64,000 bases of DNA from an uncultured Gammaproteobacteria bacterium. GTDB lineage: Bacteria > Patescibacteriota > Microgenomatia > JAMCZE01. Location of the stretch: positions 107,302-171,301 of the forward strand of contig CAZNUP010000002.1 of NCBI GenBank assembly GCA_964576435.1, written 5' to 3'. The notes beneath the pieces were generated by a model. It saw only the letters and a list, made by a program, of their open reading frames with translations. It was not told the DNA's origin and searched no databases. Positions 48,022 to 58,670 of this stretch are shown piece after piece. The position numbers and the translations under genes were made by a program. Position 1 is the first letter of the stretch, and the number at the start of each line of letters is the position of its first letter.

Positions 48022-48984
48022 TTATAGCCTATTGGTAACATAATCGCAGGAGTTTTTGAGATGAACTTGAGCAGTGCTTAAGACTTTGTTTCTTAAAAGG
48101 TTGATTTTTCCTACAGCTAGAGCTGTGTGTAAATAGGCGAGAATGTGTTCCTTTTTACCAATTGCACCATGTACTTCTAATGTAATTTTGTGGGAATAGT
48201 CTTTCTCGTATAAGAAATTAATGAAGTCAACAATTTTTGGATCGTTTACTTCCATCGCGTCATCTATGAAACCAATTTTATTGGTCGCAAGGTGTACATG
48301 AATTATTTGATCATAAATTGGCTTTATACTTTCCAAAATATCTAGGTCGGCACACATAAGCGATGCAGTGTCAAAACAAATACCAAATTTTTTCCTTGGA
48401 AGCAAGGCGCTCAGTGCCTGTGACATTATTTTGGGATTTATTAGCCAATCATAGGAGCCTTGATATTTTTGATAAAAAACACCCTTTTTTAATGATTTGT
48501 AGATATAAGGAGCATCGTGTTCAATTGCGATTGGGATTTTGTAATGACTTTCAAGTTTTGCAAATTGCTCTAGTTGTTTTTGTAAATTGTGGTGATCAAA
48601 AAACGTTATATGAGAGATAATGACTCTAGCTCCAATTTTTTTGGCAAAAATTAATGATTCTTCGGTCCGTTTAATTAAATCGTTAGAAAGTTCACGTTTT
48701 TTTAAAAGAAAAAAGTTAGCTGGGCCCTTTATTACCTTTGGTAGGGAAGCTGTGGGGATGAAAGTTTGCCAAGGTGAGTGGAGTACATATATTTTATCTG
48801 CCAAAACAGTGGAATTTATATCATTAAAATTTTGACCAAGAATGTAAAAATATTCGAAACCCTTAATTCCTAATTCATTCCTAGTATTTTCATAGATTTT
48901 GAAGTCCTCCAGATTAATTGTAGGAGGGAGAAAGCCAACTGGAAGGAGAGTGCGATCTAGAAACCAGGTTTGTTTTTTGCTCAT
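48022..48984 (-). CDS. AP-endonuclease-2/xylose isomerase-like TIM barrel protein
   Basis: IAIEH, CFDTA, HVHL, ITLEV. Confidence 0.75.
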   Translation of the reverse strand: MSKKQTWFLDRTLLPVGFLPPTINLEDFKIYENTRNELGIKGFEYFYILGQNFNDINSTVLADKIYVLHSPWQTFIPTASLPKVIKGPANFFLLKKRELSNDLIKRTEESLIFAKKIGARVIISHITFFDHHNLQKQLEQFAKLESHYKIPIAIEHDAPYIYKSLKKGVFYQKYQGSYDWLINPKIMSQALSALLPRKKFGICFDTASLMCADLDILESIKPIYDQIIHVHLATNKIGFIDDAMEVNDPKIVDFINFLYEKDYSHKITLEVHGAIGKKEHILAYLHTALAVGKINLLRNKVLSTAQVHLKNSCDYVTNRL

Positions 48985-49013
48985 GGATTTTTATTATATA
49001 CTGAATTTAGGAC

Positions 49014-49946
49014 ATGATTAACAACTTACAGAAATTTTTCTTCAGGCATAATTATGTGGAAATTGTTGTCGGATTGATTTTTTTTGTTTTAATGACGATA
49101 TGGGCTGTCTTTTTTAACTTCCCGTATTTTTACAGTGTCTTTGTCGTTGGTCTTTTTTTAATTTTTGATGGTTTGGAGCACAGGCTTAAAAAGTTTTCTA
49201 ATTTAGATGGGGTAGTCAGCAAGTTTAATCCAAGAAGAATATTTGTCGTTCTGGTGTTTATTTTGGTTACAGATTTAATCGCCGGACAGATTGTTTTTAA
49301 AGTATGGTATTACCCCTATTACAATAGTATTTTTAATTGGATATTACTTTATCTCGTAATATATCCGATTGGAGGTCTTTCTCTTCTTGTAATGTTTAGG
49401 GTTTTTAAAATAATTATTGATAATCAGATAGAGGATCAAAGATTTTATATCGTCAAAAATCCCATGAGATGGGAAAAGATTTTAATTCATATAACTTTTT
49501 GGACTTTGCCTATTTCCATTGTTGTTCCCTTGCTACTTTTTGCCACTGGCAATTTGGAAATTGTTATGAGATCAAGGATTTTATATTCAATTTTGGCTTT
49601 GTTTCTTTTGTACCAATGGGTATTTTGTTTTGATATAGTAACTTTTGCTTATCATGGCAAAACTTTAATGTATGACTTTCTGAGGGGAGAAAAGAAGACT
49701 ATTATTGCGCTTGTTATTACTGGTCTTGTGGGGGCTTCGTTGCATGAAATTGTAAACACCTTTGCTTACGAATGGAGATATGTTCCCGAGAGATTACCGT
49801 TTAGCAGTGAGGGTATTTTGGGAGTTCCGTTTACAATTTTCTTGGGATGGATTTTTATGACAGCTGTTTGTGTGGCTGCTTATAGAATGTTTAAGGCAGT
49901 TTACAGTCATCACGTAAATAGAGCTCTGGAAAAAGAATATTTTTAA
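49014..49946 (+). CDS. Polytopic membrane protein, lycopene cyclase/CruF-like motif
   Basis: E..N...W.Y......ILGVP...FLGW. Confidence 0.55.
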   Translation: MINNLQKFFFRHNYVEIVVGLIFFVLMTIWAVFFNFPYFYSVFVVGLFLIFDGLEHRLKKFSNLDGVVSKFNPRRIFVVLVFILVTDLIAGQIVFKVWYYPYYNSIFNWILLYLVIYPIGGLSLLVMFRVFKIIIDNQIEDQRFYIVKNPMRWEKILIHITFWTLPISIVVPLLLFATGNLEIVMRSRILYSILALFLLYQWVFCFDIVTFAYHGKTLMYDFLRGEKKTIIALVITGLVGASLHEIVNTFAYEWRYVPERLPFSSEGILGVPFTIFLGWIFMTAVCVAAYRMFKAVYSHHVNRALEKEYF

Positions 49947-52018
49947 AGAGTTTGTTTGTTTTCTTCAAGCCATTTTTTGGCACGATCGTCATTCCCAATT
50001 TTATTTAGCATGTATTCCATTTCTGCTCTTGCCTTTTCTTTATCTCCCTTTTGGTCATAATAGGTACCGAGTGCAAAATGGGCGTCAGCATAATCAGGTT
50101 TCATTTGAGTGACTCTTTTGAGAACTACGATGCCGCCATTTATGTCACCTGTTTGACCTAGGAGAAGGCCGTAGTTATAGTTAACTTTGGCGTCAGTTGG
50201 AGCAAGTTCGGCTGCTTTTTTAATTGAGTTTAAAGCTTCAAAAAGATATCTTTTGTCGATATTTGCTAGATTGTAAAAGAGTCTCGTCCTTGTTTTCCAG
50301 AACGAGAGAATACTTGGGGAAGAGCTTACTACTTCGTTACTGTTTTTAATTGCCTCATCTGTTAAGAATTTTGCTTCAGCTGAAGTTGAGGACTGCCCAA
50401 AATAGGCGAGAGCTAAGACAGATTCATTGTAGGCAAGTTCGTCACGATAGGTGGGTTCACCTGGACTAGTTTCTACAGCTTCTGCAAGGTATTTATAGCC
50501 TGCTTGGTATTGCTGAACACCGTCTAAATTTTTACCATATGCATAGGATTTATCTGCTTGCCACATGCTCCAAAGTTTTAGGATCCCAATTAGGGCAACT
50601 ACTAAAACTATGCTAATAAAAACCCAAGACCAGAGGGTTAATGGTTTGGTTGGGTGAGTTTTAATTTCTTCTTCTGGTTCTTTCAAAATTAAGGAGAAAG
50701 CTGGAATTAAGAAGAAGAATAGACCAATGATGACTACACTAAAGCCAAAGAAGTTAGTTACTAATATAGTAGTCCAGCCAGCATACAGAGCAATAGTTAA
50801 AACATCTTTTTTAGATTTCAAGAACCACCAGGTGTAGACCCCCAGAATTGATAGGTAGGCGAGTGTGCCGACTAGACCAGTGGTAGCCAAGATATTTAAA
50901 TATTCGTTGTGTGCCTTGTTGTATAAAAAGTCCCATTCTGAGACTAAATTGTGTGCAACTGGGCGATCTTTGTAATAGGAATAGGCAAATGTTTCCACTC
51001 CTGAACCAAAGACTGGATATCTTTGCCAAACTTTTAGGGCACCTTCCCAAACAATGTTTCTAATGTCACCAGATTCAGTAATAGAAATGGTGGGGTCAAC
51101 AGTTTTTGTAACTGGTTGAATTGATTTTTGGGAGGTTATTCTTTCAAGGGACCAATTTTCTGTTTGAGCAAAGGGGAGGCCAAATAGGACAGTTAGAACT
51201 AAAAGTGCTCCTAGGACTATTAGGAGTGGTTTAGTCAGTAATTTTTTAAAGTTTAAGTCTTTACGATTTGTGTAAATATAGAAACCGGCAAAAACACCTA
51301 AACCTAGCATTAAACCTAAAATGCCAGATCTAGATCTGGTAAAAAGAAGGGCGGCAAAAAAGAGCGGGGTAAATATTAAAAAGTATGGTTTTACCTTTTT
51401 GGCTTGTACTATGAGTCCTAATGATATGAGAATTAGCACATCTAGATAGGCTGCCATCCAATTTGGTTGGCCAAGAGTGGCAAAGACACGGGATTTAACA
51501 TCTTGGATCCAGCAATCAACTCCGCCACTGCCTGTTATGAACCAACAGGAAGGGGAACTACCAAAGTGTTCAAGAATTCCCCAGAGTGAAACAATTGTTC
51601 CCGATGCTAGGGAGACGTAGAAAATACGCATGATGTCTTGTTTTTTGAGATTGGAGACAACAGCAAAATAGAGAATTAAGTAGCAAGTTGTTGCTACTAG
51701 TCCTTCATGGAACCTCGAATAGTATCCCCAAATTGATGTTTGGACATCAATACTGAAGATGGTTGAAAGAATATGGGAACCTAGATAGAGAGCCAGTGGA
51801 ATTATTAGGTAAGTTTTTTGGAAGTTAATTTTGTGGTTTACTACAATTTTAATTAGCCAGGCTGCCCCTACAACTAAGGTGAGTGCATAAGTTAACATCA
51901 TCTTGTTGTATTCAAAAAGCTCAAAGGAACCTGAGAAGAAAATTAAAGGAACAAAGAAAAAAAGAAGATAGAAACTCCAACGAATTATGAGATCTGCCCA
52001 CTTAGCCATGTGTTTCAT
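49943..52018 (-). CDS. O-antigen ligase-like oligosaccharyltransferase with TPRs
   Basis: TLGQPN, TRSRSG, AHNEYL; C-terminal TPRs. Confidence 0.88.
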   Translation of the reverse strand: MKHMAKWADLIIRWSFYLLFFFVPLIFFSGSFELFEYNKMMLTYALTLVVGAAWLIKIVVNHKINFQKTYLIIPLALYLGSHILSTIFSIDVQTSIWGYYSRFHEGLVATTCYLILYFAVVSNLKKQDIMRIFYVSLASGTIVSLWGILEHFGSSPSCWFITGSGGVDCWIQDVKSRVFATLGQPNWMAAYLDVLILISLGLIVQAKKVKPYFLIFTPLFFAALLFTRSRSGILGLMLGLGVFAGFYIYTNRKDLNFKKLLTKPLLIVLGALLVLTVLFGLPFAQTENWSLERITSQKSIQPVTKTVDPTISITESGDIRNIVWEGALKVWQRYPVFGSGVETFAYSYYKDRPVAHNLVSEWDFLYNKAHNEYLNILATTGLVGTLAYLSILGVYTWWFLKSKKDVLTIALYAGWTTILVTNFFGFSVVIIGLFFFLIPAFSLILKEPEEEIKTHPTKPLTLWSWVFISIVLVVALIGILKLWSMWQADKSYAYGKNLDGVQQYQAGYKYLAEAVETSPGEPTYRDELAYNESVLALAYFGQSSTSAEAKFLTDEAIKNSNEVVSSSPSILSFWKTRTRLFYNLANIDKRYLFEALNSIKKAAELAPTDAKVNYNYGLLLGQTGDINGGIVVLKRVTQMKPDYADAHFALGTYYDQKGDKEKARAEMEYMLNKIGNDDRAKKWLEENKQTL

Positions 52019-52050
52019 TCTATCAGGCTGATTGCTATACTTGCAAACGT

Positions 52051-53103
52051 ATGTTGGATTACCTTTTTGGCCTAGTCTCTCATGACATGGGAATTGATTT
52101 GGGCACAGCTAATACTCTTGTCTTTATAAAAGGCAAGGGGATTATGATCCGCGAACCTTCGGTTGTTGCGATGAATAAAAAAACTAAGGCAGTTGTTGCT
52201 GTTGGCGGGGAAGCTAAAAAAATGTACGGGAGAGCTCCTTTAAATCTTACAGTAGTTCGTCCGCTTCGTGATGGAGTTATTTCAGATTTTGATGCAACGG
52301 CTGCTATGCTTTCTCACTATGTTAAAGAAGTGCACCAAACACCAGGGATTATTCCTAAAATTCCAAAACCCAAAGTCGTTGTTGGAATTCCATCTGGGGT
52401 CACTGAAGTGGAAAGAAGAGCAGTTGCTGGAGCGGCTCTTGCGGCTGGAGCTCGGAAGGTTTACTTAATTGAAGAACCAATGGCTGCAGCAATTGGAATT
52501 GGGTTACCAATTGATGAATCTCATGGAAGTATTATTGTTGATATTGGCGGGGGCACAACTGAAATTGCAGTGGTGTCTTTGGGAGGGGTAGTTGTAAACA
52601 AATCGGTGCGAGTTGCGGGGGACGAACTGGATGAAGCAATTATTTCTTATGTCCGACTTAAATATAATGTTTTAATTGGTCAGCCAACAGCCGAAGAGGT
52701 CAAACTAACTATTGGGAATGCCCATCCATTTAATAATAATGAAGAAATGTACTCAGTTATTCGTGGACGGGATTTAGAGACAGGACTTCCACGGTCTTTA
52801 AAGATATCTTCGTCAGAAATTCGCGAAGCTTTGATGCCAGTTGTTCAGCAAATCATTGAAGCAATTAAAGACTTAATTGAAGAAACACCACCAGAACTTG
52901 TATCTGATATTTTAAATAGGGGAATTGCTCTTGCTGGAGGAGGCTCACTTCTTAAAAACATGGATAGAGCTGTCTCAGAAGCCACTAAAATGCCTGTGTG
53001 GGTAGCTGATGAACCACTTACTGCTGTTGTTCGGGGAACAGGGAAGGTTCTTTTGGATCCTAAGCTTCTTGATAGAGTTAAAGTGACTGGAGGTTTGAAA
53101 TAG
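52051..53103 (+). CDS. mreB: Rod shape-determining protein MreB
   Basis: GIDLGTANT, DIGGGTTE, AGGGSLL. Confidence 0.98.
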   Translation: MLDYLFGLVSHDMGIDLGTANTLVFIKGKGIMIREPSVVAMNKKTKAVVAVGGEAKKMYGRAPLNLTVVRPLRDGVISDFDATAAMLSHYVKEVHQTPGIIPKIPKPKVVVGIPSGVTEVERRAVAGAALAAGARKVYLIEEPMAAAIGIGLPIDESHGSIIVDIGGGTTEIAVVSLGGVVVNKSVRVAGDELDEAIISYVRLKYNVLIGQPTAEEVKLTIGNAHPFNNNEEMYSVIRGRDLETGLPRSLKISSSEIREALMPVVQQIIEAIKDLIEETPPELVSDILNRGIALAGGGSLLKNMDRAVSEATKMPVWVADEPLTAVVRGTGKVLLDPKLLDRVKVTGGLK

Positions 53104-54577
53104 GGATTAGGTTTGGTATTTCAGAAAAAAGCCTAACTTGAACTCTGGTTGAGATTTTTCCTTGTCTTTCACTAAACGACGTAATTTTTTCTCCTAATTC
53201 TTGCTCTGACAATTCTGGGTTGAAATAATTTATTGCATATCTTGAACTTATGTTTTCAGTCATTTTATTTATGCTTTCAAAATCCACAGAATGGAATTTG
53301 CCGTTTTTTAAGTATAAATGGTTTTTAGTAAACAATTGATTCCACAACCAATAATCAGCACTGCTATAAACACCTCCATAGGTTTTTATATCTTGTGGCT
53401 CGTTGTGAATATTTTTTAGTGATTCCAAGAGCTTTGCCATTACTGCATATGCTTCAGGATTTGGAATGCCCATTTTTCTTAAACATCTTGCGACAACCGA
53501 GACGGCTATAGCATCGGCCGCAATTTCTTCTATCGACTCATTTGTATTGGAAATAACTAGTCCCGTTTCTTCATCAAGTCCAGCCAAAAAATGTTTGATT
53601 TTTTTTGATCTGTCTCCCATCCCTAGATATATTAAATGCGCTGGCTCATGTGCAGCAAATAATAGCCAATTGGCGAGATCTAAGTAATTGGGATTAAGGG
53701 ATTTACCTACGGTAAAAGTGTCCAACCATATCTTAGATTGTTCCTCAAATCTTTTTCTGACTTGATTAATATTTACGATTGCAACCCGATCAGAACTTAT
53801 TCCTTGCGCACGAGAAACTATGCCGTAGCCTGCGGAACTTACTAGCATTTGCAAAATTATTTCTATTATTCTGCCGTTTGTATTGTCAATTGAATTTGAC
53901 TTTTCTCTTAATGTTGATCTAACCAATTCTTTAAGTGGAGCTAATTTTTTTATTTCTGGAGTAATTATTCCAAATAATATTTCTCCTATATCTTCATCTG
54001 TAAATCCAGATTTAACATATGGGTTTACTGTATCTTGGCTTGAAATATGGATCTGAAATGGGCTATCAATTTGTTTTCTTTCAACTTTTTGAAAATGTGA
54101 GAAAGTTTTTTTTCTCTCGTCATGATTTTTGGAACAAATATAAGCTCTTAAAGCATTTGAAATGTGGTGTAAACTAAGGCGGTCTTCTGATTGTTCAACT
54201 TGATTTGCTTGCAATGACTCTTCAATTGCTTCACTAATTAATAAAGACCTGTGTTTAAATTCTACTTGTACACTCTTAGGAGGATGAGTCGGTCCAAAAA
54301 GCATGGCCGATTTTTGGTATAAGACATTTTGATTAATTGCTTGTGTGGTTATTGTTGCGATGTCAAGAAAATTCGTTACGATTCTTGGTGATAGTCCCGA
54401 CTCCGTAATCCATGTTTCCCTTGTAGTTTTTGAGGTCAAATTTTCAATAGCTTGATCACTAGATAATTTGAGAATTTCTAGCCAATGTAACTTATCTCTA
54501 GTTGTGCCAGTTTCTAAATATTGATATATGCCAGCATTGCCAGAGGAAATTTCTTTAAATTCAGATGATGAAATCAT
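53078..54577 (-). CDS. Zincin-like protein (possibly M49/DPP-III related) between mreB and mreC
   Basis: AHEPAH and IEEIAAD. Confidence 0.6.
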   Translation of the reverse strand: MISSSEFKEISSGNAGIYQYLETGTTRDKLHWLEILKLSSDQAIENLTSKTTRETWITESGLSPRIVTNFLDIATITTQAINQNVLYQKSAMLFGPTHPPKSVQVEFKHRSLLISEAIEESLQANQVEQSEDRLSLHHISNALRAYICSKNHDERKKTFSHFQKVERKQIDSPFQIHISSQDTVNPYVKSGFTDEDIGEILFGIITPEIKKLAPLKELVRSTLREKSNSIDNTNGRIIEIILQMLVSSAGYGIVSRAQGISSDRVAIVNINQVRKRFEEQSKIWLDTFTVGKSLNPNYLDLANWLLFAAHEPAHLIYLGMGDRSKKIKHFLAGLDEETGLVISNTNESIEEIAADAIAVSVVARCLRKMGIPNPEAYAVMAKLLESLKNIHNEPQDIKTYGGVYSSADYWLWNQLFTKNHLYLKNGKFHSVDFESINKMTENISSRYAINYFNPELSEQELGEKITSFSERQGKISTRVQVRLFSEIPNLIPISNLQSL

Positions 54578-54640
54578 AGAATTTGGATTTTAACATCTCT
54601 TGAATTTGAGTAGTGGAAATGTATACTGTTTCATTACAGT

Positions 54641-55420
54641 ATGGAGAAGGTTGGAATTAGGGTTTTTTTGGTATTCATTTTTTTAAGTCTCCTTTTTATG
54701 TTCTTAGATTCCCGGGGAAGTTTAGTGTTCTTAAGGAATGGTTCTAGTTATATTATTAGTCCTTTTGCGTCATTTTCTTCAAATGGAAGAACAGCTTTTA
54801 ATGAGACATTTTCATTTTTAACATTTTGGAAAAGTGGAGAGTCAAGAATCAGAAATTTGGAACAAATTAATTTGGAACTTCTTGTCAAAGCCGGAAGGAC
54901 TGATGCTCTTGAAAGAGAAAATAAGATACTTAGGCAACAACTGGGTGTGACTAGTTTAGTTGAGCACAAAATGTTGCCTGTTAGAGTTCTTGGGAGAGGG
55001 AGATTTTTGATTGTTGGGGCCGGGTCAAATGAAGGAGTTAAAGTTAATCAAAATGTGGTTTATAAAAATGGACTAGTTGGAAAGGTTAGTAAAGTTACTT
55101 CTAAACTTACTTATGTTTTACTGCCAACAGATCCAGATTCGAAGATTCCAGTTGTGGTTGGTCCTTCTGAAATGGTTCGAGGAATTGTTATTGGTCAATT
55201 TAATTCTTCGATTATATTAGATCAGATTGTTCAAACCGAGCATATCTCGTCAAATGAGTCGATTTTTACATCAGGGGAAAGTGAAGACTATTTGCAAGGA
55301 CTGTTAATTGGAAAAGTCGGAAAAACAATTTCGCAAGAAACTGATCTTTTTAAGAAGACGTCAGTTGTTCCAGTTTTTGATTACAACAAATTAACAACTG
55401 TTTTTATTGTTTTAGATTAA
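54641..55420 (+). CDS. mreC: Rod shape-determining protein MreC
   Basis: LERENKILR, GLVGKV, TSG, IGKV. Confidence 0.92.
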   Translation: MEKVGIRVFLVFIFLSLLFMFLDSRGSLVFLRNGSSYIISPFASFSSNGRTAFNETFSFLTFWKSGESRIRNLEQINLELLVKAGRTDALERENKILRQQLGVTSLVEHKMLPVRVLGRGRFLIVGAGSNEGVKVNQNVVYKNGLVGKVSKVTSKLTYVLLPTDPDSKIPVVVGPSEMVRGIVIGQFNSSIILDQIVQTEHISSNESIFTSGESEDYLQGLLIGKVGKTISQETDLFKKTSVVPVFDYNKLTTVFIVLD

Positions 55421-55423
55421 AAT

Positions 55424-55759
55424 ATGCAGAAGTTTTTATTTATCACCCTTTGGACTGTTGGAATAATTCTTCTTACGAGTATTGTGGGATTTGTTTTGTG
55501 GTCACTCATTGCAGTTTCCATTGTATTTTTGAAAGCTAAGAGTTTTTGGAGAGTATATGGGGCAGCGTTTGGGTTTGGGATTGTTAGTGATTTAGTGCTT
55601 GGATTTCCTTTGGGGTTTTCATCGCTTTTCCTGTTAGTCTTTTCGCTATGTCTTTTTGCATTGTCAGTCAGATTTAGAGCTGATCTTAGGATAGTTATTT
55701 TAACTGCACTGGCTTTTGAGGTGATGTATTTCTTGAGTTATTATCTTTTACCAATCTAG
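55424..55759 (+). CDS. mreD: MreD-like membrane protein
   Basis: Position in the mre operon; G...DLVLG..LG. Confidence 0.7.
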   Translation: MQKFLFITLWTVGIILLTSIVGFVLWSLIAVSIVFLKAKSFWRVYGAAFGFGIVSDLVLGFPLGFSSLFLLVFSLCLFALSVRFRADLRIVILTALAFEVMYFLSYYLLPI

Positions 55760-55766
55760 TCTGAAT

Positions 55767-57503
55767 ATGTCTATTGGAGATAATTTATCCGATTTTATTT
55801 CGAACCCAGTTTCTAAAACGAGGAGGAAATCTGGCGTTGATCTTAGTAAAAGGGATTTTTCTGTGCGCATGCTTTCTGTGAGACTAGTTGGACTTGGGGT
55901 GTTTTTTGTTCTTCTTGCTGGACTTGCAAGGACACAGGTTTTGGAAGGAGCTTATTATAGAGATTTATCTAATGGAAATAGGGTGCGAGAGGTTTTCCTT
56001 CCAGCTCCTAGGGGAATTATTTATGATCGGAATGGAAAACCATTAGTTTCTAATATTCCAGCATATAGATTAGTTCGGTGCACAGATCAGGGGAGAAAGT
56101 GTGAAGCTGATACAATTTCCCGTGACCAGGCGATTGACTTTCAAACCTCTTCACAAAACAGCAGTGAGAAAGTTGATTTGGTAGTCGATTCATCAAGAGA
56201 ATACTTGGAAAGGGAAGCCACAGCTCATGCTCTTGGATACGTAAGTGAAATCTCGGCCCAAGAACTAACTGATAATCCAGAATATGTTCCTGGAGATAAA
56301 ATAGGGCGTGGAGGGATTGAAGAGAGCTACGAGGTACCACTTCGTGGGGAACGAGGCAAGGAGCTTGTGGAAGTGGATGCGCTGGGTAGGAGACTTAAGG
56401 TGCTGTCTGCAGTTTTACCAAAACCCGGTAATAATTTAAAACTGGGGCTGGATATTAATTTACAAAAGACTGCTTATGAAGCAATTAAAGAAAAATCTGA
56501 GGGGGCGGCGATTATTGCTACAAATCCAAAAACGGGAGAGGTGTTAGCAGTTGCAAGCAATCCATCGTTCGATCCCAATATATTCACAGATTTTTCTATT
56601 GATTCAAGCGAAAGGAATAGAGTAATTAATTCTCTCTTTAGTGATAGTTCGAGGCCGTTATTTGATCGAGCAATTTCGGGAACTTACCCACCAGGGTCTA
56701 CGTTTAAAGTTATTACATCAACGGCGGGACTTGAGAATAAAAAGATTGATGAGGATTTTACGATTGAAGATACTGGGATTATTGTGATTGGTCCTTATAA
56801 GTTTGCAAACTGGAAGTTTTTACATGATGGAGGAACGCAAGGGGTTCTAAATGTGGTTGGGGCACTTAAGGTTAGTAATGATATTTTCTTTTATAAACTT
56901 GGGGAGAAAGTTGGGCTTGATGGTTTAGTTTCGTGGATGCAGAAGTATGGACTTGCTCGGAAAACAGGAATTGATTTACCGGGAGAGATGTCGGGGGTTG
57001 TGCCAACAAAAGATTGGAGATCAAAATTTGCCCCTGAGTGGTATTTAGGGGATACATTCCACTTAGCTATTGGACAAGGAAAACTTCTTGTTACTCCAGT
57101 TCAAATTAATGCGTGGACAAATGTGGTCGCTAATGGGGGAAAGTTGTGTAAGCCACATGTGGTTCAAGGAGTTTCAGATTGTTCAGATCTTGGAATTAGT
57201 AAAAAAACACTTGGACTTATAAAGGAAGGGCTTATTGAAGCTTGCTCAGCTGGTGGAACTGCTTATCCACTTTTTAACTTTAAAGATCCGAAAGACAAAG
57301 ATAAAACGATTCAAATTGCCTGCAAAACTGGAACTGCGGAAATAGGAGACTTAGATAATAAGACACATGCTTGGCTCACTGCTTATGCGCCCGCTAATAA
57401 TCCAGAAATTTCCGTTACTGTGCTTGTTGAAAAGGGGGGAGAAGGGTCTGATACGGCTGCACCAATTGTAAAAGATGTGTTGACTAAGTATTTCTCTCTT
57501 TGA
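55767..57503 (+). CDS. mrdA: Penicillin-binding protein 2
   Basis: PGSTFK, SND, KTGTAE. Confidence 0.95.
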   Translation: MSIGDNLSDFISNPVSKTRRKSGVDLSKRDFSVRMLSVRLVGLGVFFVLLAGLARTQVLEGAYYRDLSNGNRVREVFLPAPRGIIYDRNGKPLVSNIPAYRLVRCTDQGRKCEADTISRDQAIDFQTSSQNSSEKVDLVVDSSREYLEREATAHALGYVSEISAQELTDNPEYVPGDKIGRGGIEESYEVPLRGERGKELVEVDALGRRLKVLSAVLPKPGNNLKLGLDINLQKTAYEAIKEKSEGAAIIATNPKTGEVLAVASNPSFDPNIFTDFSIDSSERNRVINSLFSDSSRPLFDRAISGTYPPGSTFKVITSTAGLENKKIDEDFTIEDTGIIVIGPYKFANWKFLHDGGTQGVLNVVGALKVSNDIFFYKLGEKVGLDGLVSWMQKYGLARKTGIDLPGEMSGVVPTKDWRSKFAPEWYLGDTFHLAIGQGKLLVTPVQINAWTNVVANGGKLCKPHVVQGVSDCSDLGISKKTLGLIKEGLIEACSAGGTAYPLFNFKDPKDKDKTIQIACKTGTAEIGDLDNKTHAWLTAYAPANNPEISVTVLVEKGGEGSDTAAPIVKDVLTKYFSL

Positions 57504-58126
57504 TGCAAAGTATTAAAACAATTAAAAGAGGAGACAAAGATTATCCAGAATCTTTAGAAAATATCTCTGATCCGCCAGAGATTTTATATTATTTGGGAAA
57601 TTTAAGTATACTTGGCAAAAATATTGGAGTTGTCGGAACAAGGCAAATTACAAAGTTTGGACAAGAGGTAACGGAAAAAATAACAAAGGAACTTGTTGAA
57701 GAGGGATTTGTGATTGTCTCAGGGATGGCGCTTGGTGTGGATGCGGTTGCTCATTGGACCGCGCTTAAGAATGGTGGAAAAACTGTGGCAGTACTTGGTG
57801 CTGGGGTCGATGTTATATATCCACGGGAAAATACCCACTTATATAATAGTATCCTTGAAGCCGGTGGGCTTATTATTTCTGAAGTGGCTCCCGGAAGAAC
57901 GGTTCAAAAAGAAATGTTTCCAGCAAGGAATAGAATAATTTCTGGGTTATCAGAAGCTGTTGTCGTTACAGAAGCTGCTTTAAAATCCGGAAGTTTAATT
58001 ACAGCGAGACTTGCTCTAGAACAAGGGAGAGAGGTGTTTGCAGTTCCTGGTTCACCTGGACCTGACTATTTGATTGAACAAGGTGCCAGTTTGATTCTAA
58101 AATCTGAAGATAAAATTTCTTTTTAA
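57503..58126 (+). CDS. dprA: DNA-processing protein DprA (core domain only)
   Basis: VGTR, SGMALGVD, FPARNRIISGL. Confidence 0.95.
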   Translation: MQSIKTIKRGDKDYPESLENISDPPEILYYLGNLSILGKNIGVVGTRQITKFGQEVTEKITKELVEEGFVIVSGMALGVDAVAHWTALKNGGKTVAVLGAGVDVIYPRENTHLYNSILEAGGLIISEVAPGRTVQKEMFPARNRIISGLSEAVVVTEAALKSGSLITARLALEQGREVFAVPGSPGPDYLIEQGASLILKSEDKISF

Positions 58127-58581
58127 AAAAATAAATTACCCAGACTAGACAGTACTATTATTGCAGTTAGAGCTTCTAGCCTATTATTGTCATCTATAAA
58201 CTGGAACTCCGAGGCACTGATGCTCTTTAGTTTTGCAAGCTCATAGACTGCTAATCCACATTTTTGTTTTCCGTGCGTTGAATGCTCGTCAACATATCTT
58301 TCCACTAAGTAATCTGTCCCTGCAACTAGCTTTTGTACATTAGGATTATATTCACAACAGAATATGGAATTAGGTTCAAGTTCTGGGTTTCGTCTGGTAG
58401 CTATTCTATAGGTTCCTGTCTTTTTTAAGTAATCTAAATTGCGAATGGGAAACGCACTAAAAACATGACTCCCTTTAAGTAGAGATGGGTTTATTTGTTG
58501 GATGTTTTTAATCAGTAAATCGTCTGGGTCTCCATGTTGGTATTTGTCGACGTTTCTAAAACTTATTTCATACTCTTGCAT
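58123..58581 (-). CDS. Hypothetical protein between dprA and topA
   Basis: 152-aa ORF with upstream TTGACT. Confidence 0.6.
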   Translation of the reverse strand: MQEYEISFRNVDKYQHGDPDDLLIKNIQQINPSLLKGSHVFSAFPIRNLDYLKKTGTYRIATRRNPELEPNSIFCCEYNPNVQKLVAGTDYLVERYVDEHSTHGKQKCGLAVYELAKLKSISASEFQFIDDNNRLEALTAIIVLSSLGNLFF

Positions 58582-58670
58582 GGTTAAATTTTAAATCTAC
58601 ACAACCCTATAGTCAATATTTGACATTACTGATAGAATTGACGAGCAGTGTTTTTGATACACTGATAAAC

